From Candidatus Parcubacteria bacterium (GTDB taxonomy: Bacteria; Patescibacteriota; Minisyncoccia; UBA6257; HR35): 64,000 bases of DNA. The first letter of the stretch is position 1, and the number at the start of each line of letters is the position of its first letter. The notes below the pieces were generated by a model. The model made no database searches, was not told the DNA's origin, and saw only the letters and a program-made list of their open reading frames with translations. Positions 1 through 9,089 of the stretch are shown here, in pieces. The DNA lies in contig BPJG01000001.1 in assembly GCA_026004495.1 (NCBI GenBank), positions 560,527 to 624,526 of the forward strand. The letters run 5' to 3'. A program made the translations under genes and the position numbers.

Positions 1-474
1 TGGTATATTATTTTTATTCTTTTGTTAATTTTTTTAGCATTTTTAACTAAAAGAATTTTATTTTCTGAAAAATATGTTGGAGTTTATTTTTTAAATGGTG
101 AACTTTATATTGGCAAGATATCATACTTACCTAAATTGAAATTAATTGATCCTTATCTTCTTAGATTTGACCAACAAACAAACAATACCATTTTAATACC
201 TCTTGTTCAACTTCCCTGGGGTCCTCAAAATCAACTTTATTTAAATAAATCTCAAATTTTATGGATTGCACCTCTCAATGAAAATAGCCAGATATTTAGT
301 CTATTAAAAGATAGAAACAGAATGAATAATCAACAATCTATTTCTTTTCCCCGAATACAATCTCAACAATTTCAACCATCTCAGAATAAAGTAAAAGATA
401 ACCAGTCACAAAACACAGATAATGAATTTATCCAAGATAATCCACCAGGAATAGAAGAATCAACTAATCAATAA
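1..474 (+). CDS. Membrane-anchored hypothetical protein, probably truncated at the window start
   Basis: Frame is open from base 1 (WYIIFILLLIFLAF...). N-terminal TM segment, a GVYFLNGELYIGKI motif resembling a CPR-common family, and a Q/N-rich tail. Confidence 0.7.
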   Translation, partial: WYIIFILLLIFLAFLTKRILFSEKYVGVYFLNGELYIGKISYLPKLKLIDPYLLRFDQQTNNTILIPLVQLPWGPQNQLYLNKSQILWIAPLNENSQIFSLLKDRNRMNNQQSISFPRIQSQQFQPSQNKVKDNQSQNTDNEFIQDNPPGIEESTNQ

Positions 475-491
475 AATAAATAATTTAAATA

Positions 492-653
492 ATGGCAGTT
501 AAAACAAGAAACCTAATTAGATTAAAATGTTCGGAATGTAATAGGGCGAATTATTACTATTGGAAGAAAAAAGGAAGTGAAAAGAAATTGGAGCTAAAAA
601 AATTCTGTAAATGGTGTCGTAAGCATACTAAACATAAAGAAAGCAGAAAATAA
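492..653 (+). CDS. rpmG: 50S ribosomal protein L33 (zinc-ribbon type)
   Basis: Not in the ORF track. Hand translation gives MAVKTRNLIRLKCSECNRANYYYWKKKGSEKKLELKKFCKWCRKHTKHKESRK, with CxxC..LELKKFCxxCRKHT. Confidence 0.95.
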   Translation: MAVKTRNLIRLKCSECNRANYYYWKKKGSEKKLELKKFCKWCRKHTKHKESRK

Positions 654-720
654 ACCTAAATAAAATAATTTATATTTGACATATTTTAAATTATTTGTAT
701 TTGATAAAATTTGAATAATA

Positions 721-1812
721 ATGATAATAGAAAGATTTAGACAAGAAAAAGAAAGACAACAAAGAGAAGTATATAAACAAAGTCCCGAAGGAGCTTCACC
801 TACCTTTAAAGAGATTTTAGATCATCCTGTTTATTCTGATATGTTGAATGCCTTATTAGAGAATGATGGCCAAAATTATCTTAGAGAAAAATTAGTAAAA
901 AGAGAAGAACTAACCCAAGATGATTTTGAAAAATTATATCAATATAGAATAAAAATAAAAGAAGCCTTAGATAGGTCTAAAGAAGTTTTAGATATTCTAA
1001 ATAGTCCAGAAAGAATTGAGTTAATGGCATCTTGTTCACCAGAATTTGCAAAAATAGTTGGTGTATTAGGCGCAGAAGAAACCTTAGATTTACTTAAAAG
1101 ATATATGGCTTTAATTTATGTTAAAAATCCAGAAAGCTTTAATGATTTAAGTTCAAAAATTGAAACTATAACCCAGGCAGAGCAACAACTTCAAAGCTTA
1201 GAACAACAAATAAGAGATTTTGCAGAAGCCCATAAGATACCTTCAAATATAATAGAGAGATTTTATCAATTATCTGCTCAAAATAGAACTGTCGCTGAGC
1301 AATCTTTGATAACTGATATAAGAAAAAATCTTTCTTTTATTGGTAAAATAAGAGATTTTATAAATCGAGGAGAATTTTCTTATGAATATTTTAAATCATT
1401 AAATAAGATTGATGAAATAGAAGAACAACTTAATACTATAAATCAAAACTTAGGAGAGATAGGAAATATGATAGCAGAAGCTATTGAATCTAGCGGAACA
1501 GATTTATTATCAAAATATTTATATGGCAGAAGAATAGAAATACCTTCATTTTCATTTAAAAATGCAGGTGAATTAATAGAGATATATGGAAGTGATGAAG
1601 AATTAGAAAGAGAATGGCAGGAATACTTAGAAGACCAAGAAGTAACAGATTGGGAACAAATAGATGATGAGGAGAGAGCTACTATAAAAAATGGATTTAA
1701 AAAACATTTATCTCGAAAAAACCAAGAAAAGTTTGGAAAATTGTTCGATTGGTTTTTCGGAAATAATGGTCCCTTAGGTCGATTTGTGAATAGTTTTTTG
1801 AATAGTAAATAA
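721..1812 (+). CDS. Hypothetical charged helical/coiled-coil protein
   Basis: 363-aa ORF, E/K/Q-rich, no recognised motif. Confidence 0.75.
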   Translation: MIIERFRQEKERQQREVYKQSPEGASPTFKEILDHPVYSDMLNALLENDGQNYLREKLVKREELTQDDFEKLYQYRIKIKEALDRSKEVLDILNSPERIELMASCSPEFAKIVGVLGAEETLDLLKRYMALIYVKNPESFNDLSSKIETITQAEQQLQSLEQQIRDFAEAHKIPSNIIERFYQLSAQNRTVAEQSLITDIRKNLSFIGKIRDFINRGEFSYEYFKSLNKIDEIEEQLNTINQNLGEIGNMIAEAIESSGTDLLSKYLYGRRIEIPSFSFKNAGELIEIYGSDEELEREWQEYLEDQEVTDWEQIDDEERATIKNGFKKHLSRKNQEKFGKLFDWFFGNNGPLGRFVNSFLNSK

Positions 1813-1817
1813 TTAAA

Positions 1818-2111
1818 ATGGAACAGGAAATAGTTGAAAATTTAACAAAAGTTTTAAGAGAAGGAACAGAAGAAGAAATAAGAAATTTTTTAGTTGAAAA
1901 TTTTGACAAATTCCCAGAAGATTTAAAAACAATAATAGTAGGTACATTTTTTGAAGAAAGTTTAGAAAGATTAGAAGCATTGTCAAAAGGCACATCAGAG
2001 GCTTTAGAAGTTTTTAAGCTTTATAAAGAGCTAACAGAAATAAAAAATAGGTTAGAAAATAGACTAAAAGAACTAAAATTAAGACAAGAACTTTTAGGAG
2101 AAGAAGAATAA
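1818..2111 (+). CDS. Hypothetical acidic helical protein
   Basis: 97-aa ORF starting 5 bp after the previous stop, with native codon style. Confidence 0.75.
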   Translation: MEQEIVENLTKVLREGTEEEIRNFLVENFDKFPEDLKTIIVGTFFEESLERLEALSKGTSEALEVFKLYKELTEIKNRLENRLKELKLRQELLGEEE

Positions 2112-2184
2112 AGCCAGAATAATCAATAGCTACTATTCTAAACTACTTCAAAAAATTTAAATTTTCCTATATTATTTAAACCTA

Positions 2185-2213
2185 TTGACAAATTGTCAAA
2201 TATATATTATAAT
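2185..2213 (+). promoter_or_regulatory. Consensus sigma70 promoter with a palindrome over the -35 box
   Basis: TTGACA (2185-2190), 17 bp, TATAAT (2208-2213). TTGACA-AAT-TGTCAA is an inverted repeat (2185-2199). Confidence 0.85.
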
Positions 2214-2244
2214 TTAATTAGATCTCTATAAGGAGGTGACAGTA

Positions 2245-2853
2245 ATGAGGTGGCTTTTCTTATCTCTCTTTTTGCTGGGCATTCTATTGGTCCATCCCTC
2301 GCCCTCGCAGGAAGCGCAGGAAGTTATTTCATTCCGCGCTATCCTCGAGCGCGGAGGGGGAGATCCTGACTGGGATCAGCTTAAGATTCCAGCGAAGGAT
2401 CTCTCAAAACTTCGGGGACCTGCTGGCCCTCGAGGGCCGCAAGGCCCTCGTGGCCCCCAGGGGCCACCTGGTCGTCCAGCTGGTTCTCCTCAAGCCGTCG
2501 CAACCTCACCCTCGCCGACTGCCGTCAAGGCGGCGGCAGGGAAAGAGGAAAAAAACTCTGAGGAGGTGATCACTCACATGTTATTAGTTCTCACTTTAGT
2601 CTTGGCGCTGTTTGCGTTGTTTTTGGGCTTTGTTTTGGGTAAACACTCCCAACAACGACCCCAACCCCAGCCCCAACCCTACCCTCATCAACCTCAACGC
2701 CACCTTGAAACTTTCAGGGAAGTGGATAGGGATAGACTTCTGAGGATAAAGAGGGGCGAGGGGTGGTTAAGGGTAACGGTGGATGAAGCGAGGGGTGGAT
2801 GGGAGGGGGAAACATACCCGCCCGTTCACCATGACTCGCAACACCAGTCTTAG
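2245..2853 (+). CDS. GC-rich secreted/membrane protein with a short collagen-like (G-P-X) repeat
   Basis: AGGAGG at 2231-2236 favours ATG 2245 over the track's GTG 2236. Signal-peptide-like MRWLFLSLFLLGILLV, GPAGPRGPQGPRGPQGPPG, an internal TM helix and a PQ-repeat tail. Confidence 0.8.
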   Translation: MRWLFLSLFLLGILLVHPSPSQEAQEVISFRAILERGGGDPDWDQLKIPAKDLSKLRGPAGPRGPQGPRGPQGPPGRPAGSPQAVATSPSPTAVKAAAGKEEKNSEEVITHMLLVLTLVLALFALFLGFVLGKHSQQRPQPQPQPYPHQPQRHLETFREVDRDRLLRIKRGEGWLRVTVDEARGGWEGETYPPVHHDSQHQS

Positions 2854-2863
2854 GCTTTGCCCC

Positions 2864-2889
2864 GGCCCGCTTTTGGCGGGCCTTTTTTT
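2864..2889 (+). terminator. Rho-independent terminator
   Basis: GGCCCGC-TTTTG-GCGGGCC followed by T7, 10 bp after the stop codon. Confidence 0.9.
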
Positions 2890-3152
2890 AATATTTAAAT
2901 TTTTTTGTTAATTATGATTTAGTTAACTTTTTAAATAAGTTAAAATTTTTTAAAATGAGAAGAATTAAAGGACCAAGAGGGCATCAAACTAATTCAAAAA
3001 AGACCTTAATTATAAAGAGAAATTTAAATATTTTTTAAAAAATTATTAAAAAATAATTAAATATTAAATAAATATTAATTGAACGAATTTGATTTTAGAT
3101 TTAATAAAATTTATAATAATAAATGAGTCGTAAGTAAAAAAAAGCTAAAATT

Positions 3153-4499
3153 ATGGCGAGAGAACCATCTCCAGAACAGCCATTAAGAGGACAAAGAGAG
3201 TCAACGCAAAGAAGACGACGAAGACAACAAAGAGGAGCTTCAGTAGAATCACAAATAGAACAAACACAAGTATCAGAAATAATAGAGAACTTAGAGGATA
3301 GAATATATAAAGAAAAAATAAAAGAAACTTTTGAAAGATATATTCAAAACTACCAAAATTATGTAAATTTATTAAATATTACTAGAGAATTATTTGAAAG
3401 AGAATGGGAAAGTGTGGTAGAAGAGTATTTTATAGAAGCAAAACAAAATGCCTTAGAAAGAGCAAGCGAATTAACAACAGGCGTAACTTCTGAAAGACGA
3501 ACTGCTGTATTTAGAGGAGTTTTGGAGGATGAAATTAGGCTTAAAGAAAAAGAATTAGAAAATGAATTTAGAATGATTTTAGGATTACACCTTCTTACTC
3601 TAAATCCTGGCAATCCAATTGTGATGGAATTTTTAAGAGAGAAATGTTCAATAGAAAATATTTTGAAGTTTATTGAGCCTATAAATCAACCACCTGGAAT
3701 AGGAAGCATATTTTATGCAGGAGAGCGAGAAATAGAATATAAACAGATAACTTTTAAAATTAATCCAGCTTGGGCTTCTTTTCTTGTAAATGTTCTTGTA
3801 GAAAAAAGTAAAACTAGAGAGGATATAGAAAAAATTGCTGAAAGGTTAAGAGAAGTTATTAGAAAGCACTTAGATTTTATCAGAGAAAATATTTCAAGAA
3901 ATGAATCATTCTTATTAGAAAGGATAAAAAGAAGATTAGCAAGAATAGCAGGAGATTTAAATTTAAAAACTCAAGAAGGACTTGAAATGTTATTAAAGAG
4001 AAGAAAAATTGCAAGAAAGATATTAGGATTAAAAGATGATGAATTGTTAACTGAAGAAAGATTGAGAAGGTTAACACAAAACCAATTAGATGAAATATCT
4101 ACAAAGGCTCAAGGTGAACAAATTAATTTTGAAGAAGAAAAGAAAAAAGCATTTGAAGAAGAAGTAAAGATATTAATGAGAGAATTAGAAGAATCCCTTA
4201 ATTTAAAACCAGAAGAATTAATGAAAAAAGACCCAGAAGAGTTAAAGCAGTTATTAGAGCAATTGAATCAAACCGCTCAAGTTTTAGGGGTCCCATTAGA
4301 AGAACTTAGAAAAGCTACCACTGAAGAAGAAAAGAAAAAAGCTAATGAGAAACTTCAAAAAGCTTTAGAAAGTGTAAAAGATATTGCTGGGATTTTAGGA
4401 GGTATGGCATTATCAGGATTTCTTTTGTGGTTTTCTTTAATTGGGTTTTTCTTTCCAGTTTGGGCTATTGAAAAAATGCAAAAAGAAATTAAGATTTAA
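3153..4499 (+). CDS. Hypothetical coiled-coil protein with C-terminal membrane anchor
   Basis: 448-aa ORF with an R/Q-rich N-terminus, E/K-rich helices and a hydrophobic C-terminus (ILGGMALSGFLLWFSLIGFFFPVW). Confidence 0.8.
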   Translation: MAREPSPEQPLRGQRESTQRRRRRQQRGASVESQIEQTQVSEIIENLEDRIYKEKIKETFERYIQNYQNYVNLLNITRELFEREWESVVEEYFIEAKQNALERASELTTGVTSERRTAVFRGVLEDEIRLKEKELENEFRMILGLHLLTLNPGNPIVMEFLREKCSIENILKFIEPINQPPGIGSIFYAGEREIEYKQITFKINPAWASFLVNVLVEKSKTREDIEKIAERLREVIRKHLDFIRENISRNESFLLERIKRRLARIAGDLNLKTQEGLEMLLKRRKIARKILGLKDDELLTEERLRRLTQNQLDEISTKAQGEQINFEEEKKKAFEEEVKILMRELEESLNLKPEELMKKDPEELKQLLEQLNQTAQVLGVPLEELRKATTEEEKKKANEKLQKALESVKDIAGILGGMALSGFLLWFSLIGFFFPVWAIEKMQKEIKI

Positions 4500-4512
4500 G
4501 ATCATCGTTATT

Positions 4513-4584
4513 GCCAGCGTAGCTCAGTGGTAGAGCAGGCGCCTTGTAAGCGTCAGGTCGTGGGTTCAAATCCCACCGCTGGCT
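4513..4584 (+). tRNA. tRNA-Thr(UGU)
   Basis: Cloverleaf with GCCAGCG/CGCTGGC acceptor, anticodon arm GGCGC-CTTGTAA-GCGTC and TTCAAAT T-loop. CCA is not encoded. Confidence 0.95.
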
Positions 4585-4617
4585 AAATTATTTAAAAATA
4601 TATTTCTAAATCTATTA

Positions 4618-5679
4618 ATGAAAACTGGTATTGCTACTTTTTCTCTAGATACTGGAAAATGTCCTAAATGGCTATTTGAAAGAATGGAAAAACTTGCTGG
4701 AATTATAAGTGAAATTATTATTGAAGAATTTGGTGAAGAAGAATTTGTGAGAAGATTATCAGATCCTTATTGGTTTCAAGCTTTTGGTTGTGCTTTAGCT
4801 TTTGATTGGAATTCTTCGGGTTTAACTGTTACAACTACTGCAGCGTTAAAATCAGCTTTAAAAGAAAAAAAATTAGGAGTTTATATTTGTGGAGGGAAGG
4901 GAAAAACTTCAAGAAAAACTCCTGAAGAATTAGTCGACTTAGGAGAAAAATTAGGAATAGATCCTATTAAATATTTAAATTATTCTAAGCTTATTGCTAA
5001 AATAGATAATTCTTTAATTCAAGATGGTTTTAATATTTATCATCATATATTTATCTTAACTAAATCAGGAAATTTTGCTGTAATTCAGCAAGGAATGAAT
5101 ACTTGTTATTCATTAGCAAGAAGATATCATTGGTGGAGTGGGGCCATAAAAGAAGATATTACCCTAGAACCTCATACAGGAATTGTATCTCAAAAGATTA
5201 TTAAAAATGTTTTGAATCTTACAGCAAAAGAAAGTTTAGAAAATAAAAAATTAATAATTGATCTTATAAATTCACCCCAAGAATTAATAAAAGATTTGAA
5301 ATATTTAGAAAGACCTCAAAAAAGTTTATTTTTACCTAATATTGAATTTAAATATCACCCTGTTTTAAATGAAAGATTTGATATTAAAAGATTAAAAAAG
5401 ACAATAGAAAAAGCAAGTTTTTTGAAGCCTGAAAAAATAGAAGAGATTTTATTAATTGAAGGAGTTGGTCCGAAAACTATAAGAGCGTTATCGCTCGTTT
5501 CAGAATTAATTTATGGTGCTAAACCTTCTTTTGATGATCCAGCCAGATATAGTTTTGTTAGCGGAGGTAAAGATGGAACACCTTATCCAGTTGATCGCAT
5601 TGAATATAATAGATTAATTGAAATTTTAAATAAAGCAATTAAAATAAGTAAACAACAAAAAATTTTATTTAACAAATGA
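4618..5679 (+). CDS. DUF763 family protein
   Basis: LSDPYWFQAFGC..DWNSSG, ARRYHW, HhH-like GVGPKTIRAL and GGKDG.PYPV motifs. Confidence 0.85.
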   Translation: MKTGIATFSLDTGKCPKWLFERMEKLAGIISEIIIEEFGEEEFVRRLSDPYWFQAFGCALAFDWNSSGLTVTTTAALKSALKEKKLGVYICGGKGKTSRKTPEELVDLGEKLGIDPIKYLNYSKLIAKIDNSLIQDGFNIYHHIFILTKSGNFAVIQQGMNTCYSLARRYHWWSGAIKEDITLEPHTGIVSQKIIKNVLNLTAKESLENKKLIIDLINSPQELIKDLKYLERPQKSLFLPNIEFKYHPVLNERFDIKRLKKTIEKASFLKPEKIEEILLIEGVGPKTIRALSLVSELIYGAKPSFDDPARYSFVSGGKDGTPYPVDRIEYNRLIEILNKAIKISKQQKILFNK

Positions 5680-6530
5680 AAGAAAATTTATTTTTAATAG
5701 TAAAAGATAGCCTTAAGGATTATTACTTTTTCGTTAAAAAAGCTATAATTGGTAATTTTGATAAAATTATTGAAGTTTTTATTTTCTATGTTATTCTTAC
5801 AATTTTATATTTTTTGCTTAAATTTTTAATCTTTAAATTAATAAGACTTTCTTTAATAATTAGGGCTCGTAAAGATGATTTAGATGAAAAAGAAAAAGAA
5901 AGAGTAGATACCTTGACATCTATTTTTAGATCTCTTTTAAAATTAATTTTTGCTTTTATCTTAATTTTATTTATTCTTAAAACATTTAATATCAAAATAA
6001 TTCCGATTATAACCGGGGCTGGTGTTTTAGGGGCAGCAGTTGTCTTTAGTTTTCAAAGCGTTATTCAGGATATATTTAAGGGTTGGTTAATAATATTTGA
6101 AGATCAAGCCAGAAAGGGTGAATGGGTAAATATTAATAATACTTTTATCGGTAAAATTATTGAATTTAATTTAAGATATATAGTTTTATTGGATAGGGAA
6201 AGAAATTATATTTTTTTGCATAATAATCAGATTAATTCGATAGTTAACTTAAGTCGCAGTGATAAAAAATTTTTTGTAGGCCTTAGATTTAATAAAGATA
6301 TTAATTTAGATAATAAAATTGAAGAAATAAATAAATTTATTGAAGATAATAAAAATAAATATAGAAGAATTTATGATTTTAAATTAGAAGAAAAATTTAA
6401 TATCAATTCAGATTATTATGAAATTTTTGTTTCTTTTAAAACTAAATTTTCTTTAGGAGAATATTATTTGGGTAAAATAAAATTTGATTTAATTAATAAA
6501 TTTAAAGACAATCTAAGAGAAGTTGTTTAA
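5676..6530 (+). CDS. mscS: Small-conductance mechanosensitive channel (MscS family)
   Basis: Three TM helices, GAGVLGAAVVFSFQSVIQDIFKG and EDQARKGEWV. Confidence 0.85.
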   Translation: MKENLFLIVKDSLKDYYFFVKKAIIGNFDKIIEVFIFYVILTILYFLLKFLIFKLIRLSLIIRARKDDLDEKEKERVDTLTSIFRSLLKLIFAFILILFILKTFNIKIIPIITGAGVLGAAVVFSFQSVIQDIFKGWLIIFEDQARKGEWVNINNTFIGKIIEFNLRYIVLLDRERNYIFLHNNQINSIVNLSRSDKKFFVGLRFNKDINLDNKIEEINKFIEDNKNKYRRIYDFKLEEKFNINSDYYEIFVSFKTKFSLGEYYLGKIKFDLINKFKDNLREVV

Positions 6531-6617
6531 AATATTAACATTCTTAAAGTAAATAAATTAATTATTTTAGATTATCATTATTTTTTATTTATTTTTAATT
6601 TATAATAATATCAACTA

Positions 6618-7217
6618 ATGGAAATTTTAATTTTAATAATTGGACTTTTAATTTCAGTAGTTTTTCATGAATTGGCTCATGGAATAACTGCTGATAAATT
6701 AGGGGATGATACACCTCGTTTAGCAGGTAGATTAACCCTTAATCCAATTAGTCATTTAGATCCAATTGGTTCTATTTTATTACCCTTCCTTTCTTATTCT
6801 TTGGGAGGTTTTATTTTTGGCTGGGCAAAACCTGTTCCAGTTAATCCTTTAAACTTAAAAAATCCTAAAAGAGATATGGCTCTTGTTGCGTTGATGGGAC
6901 CAATAACAAATATTGCCATTGCTTTATTTTTATTATTTTTATTGAAAATATCTTTGCTTATAAATTTTCCCGTTAATGAAATGATAATTTTATCTTTAGT
7001 TAGGTTAAATATTGTTTTAGCTATTTTTAATCTTTTGCCTATTCCTCCTCTTGATGGTTCTCGTTTATTTTTATCTTCATTACCGTTATCGGTTCAATTT
7101 TATTTAGAGCAAATAGGATTTTTTTTGATCATTATATTTATTTTTTTCGGTTTTAGTATTGTTATTAAGGTCGTTAATTATCTAATGAATTTACTTTTGC
7201 TTATTTTTGGAATTTAA
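6618..7217 (+). CDS. Site-2 protease (peptidase M50)
   Basis: HELAH zinc motif, GRLTLNP and FNLLPIPPLDG. Confidence 0.95.
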   Translation: MEILILIIGLLISVVFHELAHGITADKLGDDTPRLAGRLTLNPISHLDPIGSILLPFLSYSLGGFIFGWAKPVPVNPLNLKNPKRDMALVALMGPITNIAIALFLLFLLKISLLINFPVNEMIILSLVRLNIVLAIFNLLPIPPLDGSRLFLSSLPLSVQFYLEQIGFFLIIIFIFFGFSIVIKVVNYLMNLLLLIFGI

Positions 7218-7230
7218 AAAATTTTTTAAT

Positions 7231-8568
7231 ATGAAAATTAAATTTTGTGGAGGAACCAATAGAGTAACTGGAGCTAATTATTTAATTGAAACAGATAAAC
7301 ATAAATTTTTAGTTGATTGTGGTTTGATTCAAGGTAAAAATGTTTGTGAATTAGAAAATTTCGAAAGTTTTCCTTATGAAGCGAAAGAGATTCAGTATGT
7401 TTTTATTACCCATTCTCATTTAGATCATATAGGTAGATTACCTAAGTTAATTAAAGAGGGATTTCCTGGCTATATTTATAGCACTCTACCTACTAAAGAT
7501 TTAGCCAAAGAAATTTTATTAGATTCTCAAAAGATTATTGAAGATCATTGCTTATTTTTCCAAAAAGAAAATTTTTATAATAAAGAAAATTTAGATAAAG
7601 TTTTTCAAAGATGGCTGACCCTTAATTATTATGAAAAATTAAATTTTGATGGTTTAGAAGTTATTTTTTTTGATGCGGGACATATTTTAGGTTCAAGTTT
7701 CATTCAATTTAAGTATTTAAATAAAACTATTGTTTTTTCTGGTGATTTAGGTAATATTGATCCACTTTTAAGACAGACTGATGAACTTCCGGAAACAGAT
7801 TATTTAATTTTAGAGTCAACTTATGGGGATCGTCTTCATGAAGATTTAATAAATAGAAAAGATATATTAGAAGATATTATTGAAGAAACAATAAAAAATA
7901 AACGAACACTTATTATTCCAGCCTTCGCTTTAGAAAGAAGCCAAGAAGTTTTATATGATTTAATTTCTTTGATTGAAGATAAAAAGGTGCCAGAAATTAA
8001 AATTTATTTAGATAGTCCTTTAGGTATTAGAATTTTGAGAATTTATGAAAAATATCCTGAGTTTTTAAATGAAACAGCCAAAAAATTTTTTATTACCCGT
8101 GATTATGAAAAATTAAATTATTTCAAAATAATAGAACAGGGAAGTATTAAACAATTGATTGAAGATAAATTACCAAAAATTATTATTTCTAGCTCAGGAA
8201 TGTTAAAAGGAGGAAAAATTATTGATATATTAAAATATTTTATAGATAAACCTGAAACAACTATTCTTTTTGTTGGTTTTCAAGTTGAAGGTTCGTTAGG
8301 GAAAAAAATTTTGGAAGGAGAAAAAGAAATAATTTTAGATGATAAAAAATATCAAATTAGAGCAAAAATCGAAAAAATAATGTCTTACTCAGGCCATAAA
8401 GATCAACAAGGAATTATTAAATGGGTTGAACCACAAAGAAAAAGAATATTGAAAACATTTTTAGTTCAGGGGGAGGAAAAAGCTAAAATTAACTTAAGAA
8501 TAAGATTGGAAGATTATCTAGGAATTAAAACCATTATACCCCAAAATAATGAAGAAATAGAATTATAG
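7231..8568 (+). CDS. MBL-fold/beta-CASP RNA-processing nuclease
   Basis: THSHLDHIG, AGHILG, FSGDLG, ESTYG and YSGHKD. ATG at 7231. Confidence 0.9.
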   Translation: MKIKFCGGTNRVTGANYLIETDKHKFLVDCGLIQGKNVCELENFESFPYEAKEIQYVFITHSHLDHIGRLPKLIKEGFPGYIYSTLPTKDLAKEILLDSQKIIEDHCLFFQKENFYNKENLDKVFQRWLTLNYYEKLNFDGLEVIFFDAGHILGSSFIQFKYLNKTIVFSGDLGNIDPLLRQTDELPETDYLILESTYGDRLHEDLINRKDILEDIIEETIKNKRTLIIPAFALERSQEVLYDLISLIEDKKVPEIKIYLDSPLGIRILRIYEKYPEFLNETAKKFFITRDYEKLNYFKIIEQGSIKQLIEDKLPKIIISSSGMLKGGKIIDILKYFIDKPETTILFVGFQVEGSLGKKILEGEKEIILDDKKYQIRAKIEKIMSYSGHKDQQGIIKWVEPQRKRILKTFLVQGEEKAKINLRIRLEDYLGIKTIIPQNNEEIEL

Positions 8569-8576
8569 ATTTAAAA

Positions 8577-9083
8577 ATGTTTATCAAGCCTAAAGAAATA
8601 ATTGAAATTTTAAAGAAAAACCTTTTTATTAAAAAATCAGATAGGGTTGCTGAATTTGGTTGTGGAGCTGGTTATTTTACTGTTCTCTTAGCCGAAAATG
8701 TAGCTGAAGTTTACGCTATTGATATATTAGAAGATAATTTAAATGAAGCAAAAGAATTGGTTGATATTTATAGTTATAAAAATGTTAATTTTATAAAGGC
8801 TGATGTTAAAAATTTAAATTATGAAGATAATTTTTTTGATGTAGTTTTTATCAGTCAAATTTTATTTCAAAATGAAGGTTATGATAGTATTTTAGATAGC
8901 GCTTTAAGAATTGTTAAAAATGGAGGTTTGATTATTATTTTAGAGCCTAATGAAAAATTATCCTTTATTAGTGGCCAGCCTATTAGTTATGAATTTATTC
9001 AAGTATATTTTAAAATTAAAAATAAGAAAATAATTTTCCAAAAATTTTTTGGTCCATATTATTTAATCGTAGTTGAAAAGTAA
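8577..9083 (+). CDS. Class I SAM-dependent methyltransferase
   Basis: Motif I VAEFGCGAGYF, AIDI and FDVVF. Confidence 0.85.
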   Translation: MFIKPKEIIEILKKNLFIKKSDRVAEFGCGAGYFTVLLAENVAEVYAIDILEDNLNEAKELVDIYSYKNVNFIKADVKNLNYEDNFFDVVFISQILFQNEGYDSILDSALRIVKNGGLIIILEPNEKLSFISGQPISYEFIQVYFKIKNKKIIFQKFFGPYYLIVVEK

Positions 9084-9089
9084 GAAGTT

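Noticed and set aside
2955-3038. 27-codon ORF MRRIKGPRGHQ...
   Set aside because: Too short, with no RBS, hairpin or terminator support. The GPRG similarity to the upstream gene is probably chance.
721-4584. Integrated element at tRNA-Thr
   Set aside because: No integrase, no duplicated tRNA end or att repeat seen, and most genes have native composition.
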